A stretch of DNA of 64,000 nt from Fistulifera solaris (GCA_030295235.1 AP026134.1:62001-126000), one strand, 5' to 3'; positions 13,432 through 25,824 are shown, numbered from the stretch's first letter. Notes: a model not told the origin generated them from the sequence alone. Translations and numbers: made by a program.

Positions 13432-16114
13432 TTAGTCGTCTAGCAAGTCATCCAGATCGTCATCGCCCCAATCATCATTAAAATCATGAGCGTCTGGCGT
13501 CAACTGCATAGTAGCACTCGCGTGCGTTTTCGTTGTCGTCAGGGGCCTAGAGACAGGCTTTCCAAACGTTGGCTTGGCGGCGAGATCAAATTCGGCAAAA
13601 AAAATCGTCGGTTTTCGGTTTTGTTGCGATGGGCAATTTGGTTGCGGTAGGCTTCGGAGCGCCCAGCTTTGTTATAACTGGAGCTGACATCGGAGACGGC
13701 GCATGAGCCCCTTGAGGTTGATCCAAGTGATTATTGCGATGGTGTAGAGCGGTGTTGTGCGCCGCCCCACCTTGCCAGGATGGCCCTCCATGACTTGCAC
13801 CATGTAAGTTCAGGCCCGGTCGAGAAGCCACTGGCTGAGGGGATGATATGTCCTGTTTGTCTTTCGAACTACTTCTTCTTATCAGTTGCTTTTTCTGTGA
13901 CGGAGGAGTCTTCGATCTAGGCTTTCCAAAGCTTGTTCCGGCCCCACGATGGGTATTCTCGGGTTCCTGTGCAAGTTCAACATCGCCTTCACCTTCGTCC
14001 CAATCCCAGTCATCAGCATCGCTTTCTGCCTCATTCGTTGACCTGAAAGTAATATAGCGCAATAAACACAACTTAGGGCCTAGTCTTTGCAACACAGTAA
14101 TATTTCACCGTCCATTTTCCACTTACACCCCTTCGTATACAGCAGATTTGTGAAAACGTCTATTCGAAAGATCCCCGATGTGTGAAACCCCCACCCTGAC
14201 TTTTCTCTGGTAGTAGCAATACGCAGCCATGATTATGAACAAAACAAAGGAAACGGTCGGCATGGAACCGAAAGCGTTATTCTCTTCGGTTTCTACGCAC
14301 ATATCACTAGGCCTTTCTTCTTCGTCTACCTCCAAGCACTTTCCTGTATGCCACATACATACTTTGCTAGCTTCGCTCGGATTTCCTAACTTGCAGCTAT
14401 CACAGCTTGTAAAAGACTCACAAGGATCTGGTTTGCTGCACATTGCCTTGGGCTTCTCATCCGCGTCTTTTTTCACACAACTAGAGCCATCCCACACACA
14501 GGCTTTGTCGTCCTCTCCGGCGTCCATATCAATACACTCATCGCAATCTTCAGCGTCCTTACAAGGATCAGGTTTGTCACACATCGCTTTGGGCTTCTCA
14601 GATTCGTCTTTTTTCATACAACTAGAGCCATTCCAAACACAAGCTTTGCCTGCCTCGTCCGCCCTCGTGTCATCGCACTCATCACAGTTATCAGCATCTT
14701 TGCAAGGGTCAAGCTTGTCACACATAGCTTTAGGCTTTTCATCATCGTCTTTCTTCGAACAACTAGAGCCATCCCACACACACGCCTTGTCAGGCTCGTC
14801 CGCACTCGTGTCATCGCACTCATCACAATCTTCTGCATCTTTGCAAGGATCAGGTTTGTCACACATAGCTTTAGGCTTTTCATCAGCGTCTTTCTTCGAG
14901 CAACTAGAGCCATCCCAAACACAAGCTTTATCAGGCTCGTCAGCATTCGTATCATTGCAATCGTCGCAACCATCGGCGTCCTTGCAACGGTCCGGCTTGT
15001 CACACATGATTTTGGGTTTCTCATCCGCGTCTTTCATTTCACACTTCGTACCAACCCACACACAAGCTTTGCCATCCTTCTCCGCACTCGTATCGTTGCA
15101 CTCGTGGCAATCATTAGCTTTTAAGCAGGGATCCGGTTTCTCACACATGATTTTGGGTTTCTCATCAGCGTCTTTTTTCAAACAACTAGATCCATCCCAC
15201 ACACAAGCTTTGTCAATCTCGTTCGCACTCGTGTCATTGCACTCGTCACAATCATGAGCATCCTTACAAGGATCCGGTTTTTCACACATGACTTGCGGTT
15301 TCTCGTCGGCGTCGCTCTTCTTGCATTCCAAACCAGACCACACACACTCTTTGCCATCTTCCAGAGCATCCGTATTATTGCACGCGTCACAATTATCCGC
15401 CTTGACACAGGGATCCTTTTTACCACACATATCATCAGGCTTCTTGGAAGCTCTTCCCTTTGAACAAGTACTACCATCCCACAAGCATGCCTTGCCTTCT
15501 TCTACTTGAGCATCGTTGCACGCATCGCAGTCTCTTGCTTTCGGACACGGATCCTCATCGACATTACACATATCGATTGTCATTTTGGTTTCTCCTGGGA
15601 CACAAGTGTTATTTTTCCATTGACAATACGGATGATCCCCGTCGGACGTTGTGTCAACGCATTCTTCACAAGTAGTGGCATCCGCGCACTTGATAGCCTT
15701 GCCCTCCTCGGTGGGGACTGCCACCGGCTTATCCTTTGGATCTACCTCGACGGTTGGTCCGTTCGCATTGTCCTTGACTGGAGCCGCCACCGGAGCTGCG
15801 GTCGATACTTGGTCGGGCGTATGGCATATTGATTCCGCGTCGGATTCCTCCGCCAGTGCGCATGTCCCATCGGACCACCTACATACTTTTCCTTGTATTT
15901 GCGGGTCAGTGGCTTGACATTCCTTACAAGAGACCAGGGTGTGGCAACGATTGTCTTGGTGATTGCTGTTACCTGTGACATTCGCCTCGGGTTCTTTCAA
16001 ATTCCGTATTTCAATATAATTGTTAAGGGAGCTATCGGATGACACCAAAATGAAAATGGAAACAAAAATCAGCAAGAAAGAGCGGGGACGTCGCCCTGTG
16101 ATTCGATGTGTCAT
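13432..16114 (-). CDS. Type I membrane protein with 11 Cys-rich (PSI-like) repeats and acidic cytosolic tail; intron 14043-14126, homopolymer frameshift ~13600
   Basis: N-terminal hydrophobic segment, ~47-aa repeats (DPCKDAEDCDECDDTSADEPDKACVWDGSSCSKKDADEKPKAMCDKP), TM (TVSFVLFIIMAAYCYY) followed by QRKVR, and a tail ending DDWGDDDLDDLLDD*. Confidence 0.8.
14290..15950 (-). repeat. Coding tandem repeat, ~141-nt unit, 11 copies (central copies most similar)
   Basis: Repeated nucleotide blocks such as caactagagccatcccacacaca and caaggatcaggtttgtcacacat recur every 141 nt. Confidence 0.9.
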
Positions 16115-16704
16115 TTTTAAATTCAAACAATTAAGCTCGATGTTGTCGTGTGCGCGCGCGATTATAATAGCTACTCAAAACACTTTTTTCGTAAGCAATA
16201 AGCGATCAGCGGCTCTTCTTGTCTCTTTCTTGTTTCGGCGGTCGTCTTTCGATACACAACTGCACATCCCGATCGCCTTTCGTTGTTTCGTGCTTCGGGC
16301 CATGTTAATTTTTTTGTTTCGACCTTCGGAGCGCGATCTTCCGTAACTGGATGATAGGGTACCCAATAACTAAACCAAGATTAAATACCACGTTTCACAA
16401 GTATTCATTGATCTTCGTAACGGTACCTTGCTTTGTGTTTTCAATAATATTTAGTAGGTGACAGAGACAACGTGAACAGCTCACACTGGTATCCGTTGAT
16501 GTTCATTATTATCACGTGTTATGTAGGAAAGTCTTCCTGCCCCGCAAAGAGGGTCATTTCCACGACGGGCGGGTCCAACAAAAACCCGAACAGAGCAAAA
16601 CACTATGTACTGCAGTACGGAGTAACACGAAAAGGAGGACTATTCATTCATCATTGTAATTTGTTTATACAAAAGCTTTTTGTTTTGGCTACTTGATTGA
16701 ATAA

Positions 16705-17748
16705 ATGGTTCGACAGAGCAGTGTTGGAGGCAATTCATCTTCGTCGGGCAGGTACGTGTGTTGCAGGAGCGGGGCCTGTTTTCGTCGCTCAAGTTCTCTC
16801 TACGGTTTCTGTTTCATGTGATTGCAAAATGCGCTTCTGACCTCTTATTGTATTCACAGCGGCCGTCGATGTGTGCTCATTGCGGTCATTATTATGGTGA
16901 TTCTCTTTATGCTACCCGGAGGAGGACCGAGTGTTGATGACAATGTTCGATCGGGTCAAGCGCAGCATGATTCGACCGTTCATGAGAAACCACCCAGCAA
17001 CAACTATGCCGACAACACGGACGACAATGATGTCACGGATTTGGAAGCCGAGATGGATGTCGTTCGGGAGGATCTAGAACAGGCTCAGCAACAGGAACTG
17101 GCCAAGACCAAATCCGCCTTGTCGGCTGCCATTGATGTCACCAGTTCGTATGTCAAAAGTGCCTTTTCGAAATTATTGGCCAAGACAGATATTTCGGAAG
17201 AAGAAATTCAACAAATGGTAGCGGAAGTTGAAAGTAAACTCGAACAGGAGACGATCGAGAAACTAGAAGAAGATGCGGAGGAAATGGTAGAGATGTATGA
17301 GGACAACATTGAACAGGAGGCGTTCGATGAGAGTGATTCGGGTGTTGCGGTGGACGAGATCCGCATAGATATGGAAGCCAATGAGGAAACTGCCATTCGT
17401 GAAATGAATCAACAATTAGAAAAGGAGGCAGATGCTATGAAAAAGATGTTGCGGAAAAAAGCGGAAGAATTTGAGATTGAAATTCTCGAAAAACGATTGG
17501 AGGAAAAGCTTCACAAAAAGATCAAGCTTGTCGTATTGGATGACGAGATAGCGGATGTGGAGCACATGCTGGATGGTCTATCTGTTTTGAAGGGTGAGCG
17601 TGATCCAGCAAGTAGCTCCTACGGAAAAGCTCCGGTAGATTCGCCTCCTGACGATGATGAAGTCGCCGGTAGCGACGACACGGTAGGCGGGGAAACACCG
17701 AGTAACGATGACGATAACACGTCATCAAATGATGATGATACAAATTGA
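16705..17748 (+). CDS. Type II membrane protein with acidic coiled-coil lumenal domain (unknown function); intron 16752-16859
   Basis: ATG at 16705; a GT..AG intron restores the frame into ORF 16822-17748; short N-terminus, RR, then TM (CVLIAVIIMVILFML), E/D-rich heptads. Confidence 0.7.
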
Positions 17749-17827
17749 GTTCTCGGGATCCTCCGTTCTTTTCACCGCTGAATGAAGTAATAGTAGGTAA
17801 TGCACAATACATAACATAAGAATTTGA

Positions 17828-18462
17828 TTACGAGAATTTAATTCCAACTTCTTCCGATGTGTCACCTTGAAATATGGTACACTTCCCACTTTTCTCCAAG
17901 ATCGCCAACGCACGACGCAGCAATTCTTCATCCAATCCTTGAAATGACAGTCCATGAACATCTTCACCGGAATGCAGCTCATATACGGTACAAACGGATC
18001 CAATGTGACCGGTCTGTTCCGCCCACTGATAAATATCCGCCGCCAGTTGTTCCGGTTTCCTCCACAAAATGCGACACCGTGTTTTGTTCCCATCCTCCCA
18101 TTCTCCGTGACCATGTTTTACGAAATCTTCCATCACTTGCATCACTTCCTCCGGGTATCGCAACTGTCGATGAATGGCATCGTTTTTCCAGAGCGGACAA
18201 TCGTGTACGACAAGCGTTTTGATTTTATGTTCGGCATGATATCGGAGAATCAATTCACGCCACAGCGTTAATTGTTTTTCTCGACTGGAAAGAACGGGCT
18301 GTATTGTAAAGAATGGCGGGAAACTGTAGAATTCGGGGTACTGTGGAGTGCAACAAGAAGGAATATCGATGCGATTGGATGACGAGTGAGTTACGTTTGC
18401 TACACTTTCGCTACAGCGAATTTGACGGTAATCTAATTGCCGCTCACCTCAAAATTGGACAT
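17828..18462 (-). CDS. VPS25: ESCRT-II subunit Vps25; intron 18341-18447
   Basis: Spliced N-terminus MSNFE|YPEFYSFPPFFTIQP...QLTLWRELIL; then ILWRKPEQLAADIYQW, VCTVYEL, GIKF* typical of Vps25. Confidence 0.93.
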
Positions 18463-18945
18463 GCTTTTACTTTATCTATATTCTCGTCTTCTCAAAGTAT
18501 CATTTACAACCTTTGATTGGTATTTGTTGTTTAATTATCGCTCGCGATCATCTACGAGCCTCGTTTTATTGCTGCCCTATTACCTATTACTCCGTATATC
18601 GTTTCTTATGCAGTGCATGCCGGATGCCGGTAAGATATGTCAAGACCTGTACAGTACAATCTCAATCGCAGTGATTTTTATGGACCGTCTGTAGTACCAT
18701 GCTACTACTACTTGTACTTCTAGTGTAAAGCCACCGTACCCCCCCGATACGGAGCAATTACAAGTATAGCAATTGACTACGCATTGATGAGGTGAAGCAT
18801 TGCTTTGTACTAACAATAACAACCCACAATAAACAACCAACAAACCAATCTTTACAACCAGCGTGCCATTTTCTTCCCGATAAAGATCTTTTCATCTTTG
18901 ATTCATTTGTTGAAAAGTAACTACAATCTACAACATACACACAAA

Positions 18946-20862
18946 ATGAAAGCAGCCTTTCCCCTCTTTTCCCCAGCATCGTCTTCGCTATCACCGTCCG
19001 CCCACATGGAGCTGGAAGTACCGTGGACACCACAACTCGTTCTTGCCGACTTACAAAAGGCCTGTCGCATTCTGACCGAACGAGGCCTCATATTGTCCGC
19101 CCGGTGGGCGGCGGAGCAAATGATGGGACTTTCCGTCGATATCGATGAGTCGGTGTCATCATCTATTCCGGATCATTTGTTATTCCATGATACGGATCCG
19201 GCGGCTTACTATGCTCGTACGTTACTGGAACTGGGTGAATATGCTCACGCCGCGGCAGTCTTGAGTGATATTCCCATCGCCAAGGCGGCATCGGTCGAAA
19301 CGATGCCTCCTCCGGCACCGGATCTGTCGCCGTTTGCGTTTTACCTTCGTACGTATGCACTCTACATGGCGGGGGAACGACGAAAAGAAGAAGAAGCGAT
19401 TAATACTGCCACGAAAAAATCGAAAGAACTCCAGAATCCGTACGAGCAACAGCTAGTGCACGAACTACAAGATGCTTATGAGGCGGACAAGCTCGATGCC
19501 TTTGGCTTGCACGTATACGGCATGGTCTTGAAGTCACACAAAAGGCAACACTACCGCGTCATTACCCTTCGCCTCAAACTGTCTTATTGCAATCACTCCT
19601 CGAGTTTCCCTACAATTGGAGTGCTTGGCTTGATTTGGCCGAAGTTTCGTTGGAAAACAGTGAAGTGGAACGTGAAATCGAAGACGCTGTTCAGCCTCTC
19701 GCGGAAAACTTTATGTTTCACTTCTTTTGTGCACACTTGCAGTCCGAACATCAGGCGCATGCGGAGGCATTGCAAATTTATGAACGGTGGATGGATCCGG
19801 GCCTTTTGGGTGGATCGCCTTATCTCGCGACGCAAACGGCCGTGGTACATTACCATTTGCGAAATTATGCGACCGCGAAGCGGTTGCTCGAGGACTCTGC
19901 ACAATTCCATGCCGTATCGCTTGGACTCAATGGATGTGTTGTCAAATATCCTGTACGTACAAGAAGACTCGGTCGCATTAGGGCAACTGGCCCATTCAGC
20001 GGTGATGGTGGACAAATACCGAGCTGAATCGTGTTGTATTATCGGTAACTTTTATTCGCTCAAACAAAACCGTGCGAAAGCTATTCAGTACTTTCAACGT
20101 GCACTGAAGATGGATCGTACGTTTGCTTCGGCATGGACTTTGATGGGACACGAGTACGTGGAATGGAAGCAAACCGCCAATGCAATGGAGGCTTATCGAC
20201 AAGCCGTACAAGCTAATCCAAGTGATTTCCGTGCCTGGTATGGTTTGGGGCAGACTTATGAAATGCTAGAAATGAATCTTTATGCTCTGTATTATTACAA
20301 GCATGCAGCTCAGCTTCGACCCTTCGACGCCCGCATGTGGACCGCAGTGGGGAATTCCTATGCCCATTTAAAACGTCGCGATGACGCTATCCGTGCCTAC
20401 GAACGAGCCTTGCAACATGATGATCAGGAGGGTATTGCGACACAGAAGCTGGCTGCCCTGTACCGTGCAAAGGGAGATACCGAGAAAGCTGCCAAGTGTT
20501 ATTTGCAGCACCTGAAAAATCGCTTTCACGTCACGATTAGCGCAAACACTTCGCACCGGTCTACCTCCTTTCGTTTGGACGCCCTGACATTGCAGGGTCT
20601 TGTCGTGGAACCTCCCGAAGCAGAAGCACTTCTATACTTGTCCACTTATTACCGCAATCACGGTGAATTCGACAAAGCCGCTGTCACAGCGTCTAGACTG
20701 CTGGAGTACCCTGGTCCCGAAAAAGAAGAAGCCAAGGCATTGCTGCGAGAAATCCGATCGCGCAATGCCACTCGGTCGGGTGTCAGTACCCGATCTCGTA
20801 CGAAAATGGAGGAAGAGACCGCACGAGCTAATTCGGATGACGACTTTACGTTTTCGCCGTAA
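18946..20862 (+). CDS. CDC23: Anaphase-promoting complex subunit 8 (Cdc23); two compensating frameshifts (~19545-19585 and ~19890)
   Basis: ERGLILSARWAAEQ; FPYNWSAWLDL in the alternate frame (ORF 19587-20027); PYRLDSMDVLSNILYV, DKYRAESCCIIGNFYSL, AWTLMGHEYVE, DFRAWYGLGQTYE; TPR repeats. Confidence 0.93.
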   Translation: MKAAFPLFSPASSSLSPSAHMELEVPWTPQLVLADLQKACRILTERGLILSARWAAEQMMGLSVDIDESVSSSIPDHLLFHDTDPAAYYARTLLELGEYAHAAAVLSDIPIAKAASVETMPPPAPDLSPFAFYLRTYALYMAGERRKEEEAINTATKKSKELQNPYEQQLVHELQDAYEADKLDAFGLHVYGMVLKSHKRQHYRVITLRLKLSYCNHSSSFPTIGVLGLIWPKFRWKTVKWNVKSKTLFSLSRKTLCFTSFVHTCSPNIRRMRRHCKFMNGGWIRAFWVDRLISRRKRPWYITICEIMRPRSGCSRTLHNSMPYRLDSMDVLSNILYVQEDSVALGQLAHSAVMVDKYRAESCCIIGNFYSLKQNRAKAIQYFQRALKMDRTFASAWTLMGHEYVEWKQTANAMEAYRQAVQANPSDFRAWYGLGQTYEMLEMNLYALYYYKHAAQLRPFDARMWTAVGNSYAHLKRRDDAIRAYERALQHDDQEGIATQKLAALYRAKGDTEKAAKCYLQHLKNRFHVTISANTSHRSTSFRLDALTLQGLVVEPPEAEALLYLSTYYRNHGEFDKAAVTASRLLEYPGPEKEEAKALLREIRSRNATRSGVSTRSRTKMEEETARANSDDDFTFSP

Positions 20863-20882
20863 CTAAAAGAGTAATGCGATCA

Positions 20883-20982
20883 ATTTTTCAAGTTTTTATC
20901 TTCGTTAAGATTGACTGATGTGGTGTTGTATCGATTTTTCAAGTTTTTTATCTTCGATATGATTGACTGAGATGTTGTTGTG
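20883..20982. repeat. ~51-bp imperfect direct repeat (2 copies) in a convergent 3' intergenic region
   Basis: atttttcaagttttt(t)atcttcg-ta-gattgactga-tgttgt at 20883 and 20934. Confidence 0.8.
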
Positions 20983-21011
20983 GACGCCGTGTGCTTCCTG
21001 GCCAAAAGAGA

Positions 21012-21401
21012 TCAATAGATCGACCGATTTCCTCGTTTCATCATTGAGAGGAACTCCAACATGCATAGCTCATGTTCCAGACTGTGCATAACACGTTGCT
21101 GCACCTCGAAAGGGATATGATGCTTTCGTGTGGGTCGATAGTAGATCCTGATATCAGGAATTCTCTTCATCATAGAATCAAAGAAGAATAAGAGAAGATC
21201 GGGGTTCTGGAGCGTCGTATAATACTTGTCGTTGACATAAATCCGATAAAGTACCGGCTTGTTCTTGTCGGGCTGTTCAAACACCACTTCACACATGCTT
21301 CCCGGCTCTTTGCCCCAAAGACGACCGATCATGTTGGCGAAGCGCGGTGGGTATCGGGGAGAGGCATACATGGATGATTCCAAGAGAGCAAACGCGGACA
21401 T
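21012..21401 (-). CDS. Small hypothetical protein (129 aa)
   Basis: Clean ATG-to-stop ORF with A-rich leader (aagaaaacATG); weak motif similarity to ORFs at 22398 and 38870. Confidence 0.55.
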   Translation of the reverse strand: MSAFALLESSMYASPRYPPRFANMIGRLWGKEPGSMCEVVFEQPDKNKPVLYRIYVNDKYYTTLQNPDLLLFFFDSMMKRIPDIRIYYRPTRKHHIPFEVQQRVMHSLEHELCMLEFLSMMKRGNRSIY

Positions 21402-21986
21402 GTTTTCTTGTTCCTTTGCTTAAAAGTGATTGTATTTTTTTGCTGCAAGCCGATTTTATGAGCTAATCCTTTGGTTTCTCGTCGCTCGTGTCGAGGACAA
21501 CACGACTCAAACGATGGAAACGTTTCATGAGGAAACCGTTTCCGCGAAAACTGCGCTAGTAGATGGTCCTATGGTCGTCCAGTTTTCAAGTCGCGTGGAA
21601 ACTTTTCACAAGTCACGTTTCTTGGAGGGTCTCTTTGAAGAAGATGGAATGCTTTTAACTTATTGAAACAAAGAACTTTTGTCATGATGGTGTTTTATTG
21701 TGTCTTTTCATTGCTTTCGCCATTCGAGCTGACAATAGTATAGCTTCTGAAGTACTTTCCATTGTTGGTAAGACACATCAAAGAAAACTTGCTTCCGACC
21801 ATGCCTCGAGGATCAAACTAGCCTAAATGACTAAGATTTCGTCATTGTAAAGCAATTATTCATGCTTCTTATTCTTTTAAGATACCAGTTATAGGCCTCC
21901 TTTTTTGTCTTTAGAATCATAAGCCTGCTCTATCGAGTTCAGTCTGGTGTTGATTTCGAACGACTCGTCCAATATGAAGCATGTTT

Positions 21987-22496
21987 CTGCTACGGCTTAA
22001 GCATTCGTCGCAACAAAAACTGTGTAATGCTATTCATCACTTGTGCGTTTAAACATTTATAAAGTTACAGGAATGACAACAGGGCGTAATATAATGGTTT
22101 CGTTCTTTGTTCGTTAACATTTACTGCATGATATAGAGCGGTTTACGGCAAGGAGGAGACCACCTTGAATCGCAAAGTCTGGTCATATTCAAATAAACCT
22201 TTGCAGAATTGAGCCAACGCTTCCCGTCCTCGCAAGTCAACCTGCTACGGCTTAAGCATTCGTCGCAACAAAAACTGTGTAATGCTATTCATCACTTGTG
22301 CGTTTAAACATTTATAAAGTTACAGGAATGACAACAGGGCGTTATATAATGGTTTCGTTCTTTGTTCGTTAACATTTACTGCATGATATAGAGCGGTTTA
22401 CGGCAAGGAGGAGACCACCTTGAATCGCAAAGTCTGGTCATATTCAAATAAACCTTTGCAGAATTGAGCCAACGCTTCCCGTCCTCGCAAGTCAAC
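21987..22496. repeat. 255-bp near-perfect tandem duplication covering the 3' end and 3' flank of the 22398 gene
   Basis: 21987-22241 matches 22242-22496; the only difference seen is agggcgtAat versus agggcgtTat. Confidence 0.95.
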
Positions 22497-22802
22497 AAAG
22501 TCCGACTTGTCTTGTGTGTACACGCGGTGCAACATCTCGCCATCAGTATCATGTAGAAGCAAGATCGGGCAGACCTGTCCTTGTTTGAAGAAGGCCATCC
22601 CCGTCAAGTACGACTCTTCCTCCGGCTCATCGTGGCGAACTGTGATTTCGGTGGGCACGCCCATGAAGATAGGTTCGTTATCTTGCATCATGCTGTCCTC
22701 GTCATAAGAGGTGCTCGTCATCGTGACCGTCTCCATTGGTATCTCTGTCTTTTGCTTTAAGGCCGTTGTCTGCTTTCGCAAGAGTGCGTTTTGTGAGACA
22801 TG
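22398..22802 (-). CDS. Small hypothetical protein (~130 aa; 5' end uncertain, possible frameshift)
   Basis: ORF 22398-22781; upstream ATG at 22802 is out of frame by one base; motif shared with the 21012 and 38870 ORFs. Confidence 0.55.
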   Translation of the reverse strand, partial: HVSQNALLRKQTTALKQKTEIPMETVTMTSTSYDEDSMMQDNEPIFMGVPTEITVRHDEPEEESYLTGMAFFKQGQVCPILLLHDTDGEMLHRVYTQDKSDFVDLRGREALAQFCKGLFEYDQTLRFKVVSSLP

Positions 22803-23479
22803 ATCGTATCTCTCTTTGTCTTTTTGAGTGAAAAAGTGGAAACGACACGACTCATCAGTTCGACCAGTTTTCGAAGTGTTCCATTGTCGCCGTTTCCATT
22901 ATTTTTCTTTTGGCGCGTTTCGTTTTTTGTTTTCATTTTCGGCGATCGGAAGTATCTCAATCACTGTAAACTATACGGTACTAGCCTTTTAAGTACACGG
23001 ATTAGGACTTTGTACAAAACGCATTGTATAGATACTGGTACGATATTATATGTTTTCCTACTACCACACAAAAAGCGATGGCGGGCCGCGCCGTTGACAA
23101 CGAGGAGCAATTCTTTCGCACAAATGCCGAAGCAGTAAGCAAAATAATAAAGGTATTATCCTATTGTTTTCATAGGATATTTAGTTGTTCCATTTACCTA
23201 AACCTCATTGGATGGTATCAAAGGAGAACACACGAAAAAAGCGGCATGTTTGCATCGCGCACGCAGCTGCACATCGACGCGTACCTCCTGGGCTGGAAAC
23301 GTCTAATTCGTGTCGTTACTTTTTTCAAAATTTAATTTATGAAACGTCCGAAAACGTCAAGAACAAAAATGAAAAGCAATCAACTCTTTTACTTCAAAGA
23401 TGCTCATAATCTCTGCAATCCTCAAAAATTGCACTCGTTTACTTTCGCAACGCAGAGACAAGAAAGACTTTGCAGCACC

Positions 23480-24358
23480 ATGAGCACCAGCACCAACTCG
23501 ATCGAAACCTCGCAACGCCGTCATTTGTATCTTCCGACGCGTGTCAGCAGCGACTCATCGACGATGACGGCCACAACAAGCAACGTTCATTGGGAATCGC
23601 AGCCCGTGGTTACCTGGATGTCTTCTTTGATGAATCAAGAGATGAACAACTCTGAATTCTCTGCGCCGGTAAATGTCCCTACTCGGCAGGTTGAGCGCTA
23701 TCAGCATTTGGTCGAACACTGCCGTGCTCGCTCGAATCATGCCGTATTCTGGAACGAGTATCAGACCATTCAGTCGTTGCATCAATTCTTGATGAACAAC
23801 ATCAACTCGCAGTGGCCTCTTCCTTGCCCTGAGTACCCTTTGGCCGTGGAACGGCTCTATCACGAAACCAGTGATCGATTGGAGGCATTGTTGCTGTCTC
23901 CGTCATCGGTTGAATCCTCGACTGCGACGAAAGTTGACATGTCCGTGTATATGACGGCTTGGCTCCGCGAGAACTGGATCAACCCTTACCCAGACGATAT
24001 TATCTTGAGCGAAATGGCTGCCCATTGCGGTACTACACCCACCGTCGTAAGCAACTGGCTTATCAATGCCCGTACGCGCAAGTGGCGGCCGGCTATTGCC
24101 AAGGCGATGGAACTGAATCGTCCAGCCAAGCATTTGTTGGAGGACTCGTTGTGCTTCTTTGATGGCCGTCCCATTCGGCCGTTGTCGGCATCCGAACAGA
24201 TTGCTGCTGCGTCGGCGCACAAGCAATCACTCATTGCGGATGAGGATGATTGGAAATTCGATATCCAGGATATCGATAACGGCAACGACGATGACTCATT
24301 ACAATGGATGAATCAGAAAGAACAAAAACAATCGAATAAGCGTCGTCGTGGTTACTAA
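23480..24358 (+). CDS. TALE-class (KN-type) homeodomain transcription factor
   Basis: MTAWLRENWINPYPDD...VVSNWLINARTRKWRP: TALE PYP loop and a WLINARTR variant of helix 3; C-terminal basic KRRR. Confidence 0.88.
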   Translation: MSTSTNSIETSQRRHLYLPTRVSSDSSTMTATTSNVHWESQPVVTWMSSLMNQEMNNSEFSAPVNVPTRQVERYQHLVEHCRARSNHAVFWNEYQTIQSLHQFLMNNINSQWPLPCPEYPLAVERLYHETSDRLEALLLSPSSVESSTATKVDMSVYMTAWLRENWINPYPDDIILSEMAAHCGTTPTVVSNWLINARTRKWRPAIAKAMELNRPAKHLLEDSLCFFDGRPIRPLSASEQIAAASAHKQSLIADEDDWKFDIQDIDNGNDDDSLQWMNQKEQKQSNKRRRGY

Positions 24359-24458
24359 AACTGAAGAGTTGAAAGACGGTGTGACTATCGAGACTGTAAT
24401 ACAGCAGAATAAAATCTACATTCCTAAATTTCTACTAGACTGGAAACTACTCTCTGTT

Positions 24459-25824
24459 CTAGGCGTTGGCGACCCACAGCCCCGAATCGACGCAGCGTTT
24501 CATGTGATACTCGGCATCTTCCGGCTTCATCTTCGACAAGACCTCTTTCAACGCTTCGACACTCCTCGATTCGAAAGCTTCTACCATTTCTTGCGGCAAG
24601 CTTTCAATCACTTCCAAAGGATCCAAGCCGCCCGGCCCCAAGCGTTGCTCCAACGGGATCTCTGACAAATCACGAGGACTATCGTCTTCCTGCTGTCGCT
24701 GAGCATCCATTTCCTGCTTCTTGACGATCGCTCGCTGCACAATCTTTTCTTGAAAAGCCGTCACCGCCTGTACAAATTCTTCCAAATGCTCGCGCTGCTG
24801 CAATCGCGCAAAGAATGGCATAATCACATTTCCAGGATGCGTTTTCAGAGTCTTGGCGAGTTCCGCAATGTGCGTAATGATTTGCGATTGCCGGGCCGTC
24901 TTTTTCATTTTTTCGTGATATCCATTCATTTCGTCTTCCAACGACGCCAACAACAGATAATTTGCCGCATTCTCTTGCAACAGAATATCCCCGTAACGCA
25001 ATAAAAAGTCTTTCGATTGCTCCAGATCCGATAACTTCATGAACAGCTCAATTGTGTCGGCGTACTTTTCGACGAAATCCGGATACGTAGCCATGACACC
25101 GATGTGCTCTTTGGAGGTATCAAACTGGGGTGACGTCAAGGCAGGTCCAGCGACTTTGGATTGAGGTGCTGGTGAGGGTGGTTCTTTCGCTGCTTTCGGG
25201 GCGGGTGCCGTTGTTGACTTTTCGGGGGCAGGGACTTTGACTGGCACAGCATCTTCTTTCGGTGCAATATAACCATCGGGCGTATAGTTGACCTTACCAG
25301 CGTTCGGATTCACCATCGATCGATCCTCTTTGACTTGGAAACATATTATCCACATTCCATTTTTTATTCTTTTCGTATTCATCCAACTTTTTCTGTCGAG
25401 CTTGATTTTGTTGTTGCAATTCCTCAAGTTCCGCTTGCAAGGCTTCTTTGTCATTAATATCATCATCGTCGTCGTCGTCGTCGTCGTCGTCGCTGTCACT
25501 ATCATTCGTCTTTACTTTTGCATCGCAATTTTATTCAATTCGTGCTGCAATATTTGCATTCGTTGTGTCGCTTTTTCCATCTATTATTATTTCCAGAAAT
25601 GACGTGAGGAATCATGTCGGGGAGAGAGCCATTTTATTACACAGAAACGACTTACTTCTTTACGAATATTCGCCTTATCCTTCTCTTCGTTTTTCTTCTC
25701 GTTCGACGCGACTGCGATGCTTCATACGAAACCACGATTCACGATCGATATTGGGATGCAAATCATCCTCATCGTCTGACAATTCAATGTTATCCCACTT
25801 GGAGTAATCGAAAGGCTTGGACAT
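24459..25824 (-). CDS. CDC37: Hsp90 co-chaperone Cdc37; intron 25581-25655, several indel frameshifts
   Basis: [28 protein letters not shown]-terminus; C-terminal [17 protein letters not shown]...[11 protein letters not shown]. Confidence 0.92.

Noticed and set aside
14229..15257. 342-aa Ser-rich ORF on the + strand
   Set aside because: Antisense shadow of the Cys-rich repeat gene; no independent coding features
1536..22496. Direct repeats at 1536, 20883 and 21987 as possible CRISPR arrays
   Set aside because: Only two contiguous copies each, no unique spacers, eukaryotic context, no cas genes
25466..25491. (GTC)n trinucleotide tract
   Set aside because: Encodes a poly-Asp linker in CDC37; ordinary low complexity
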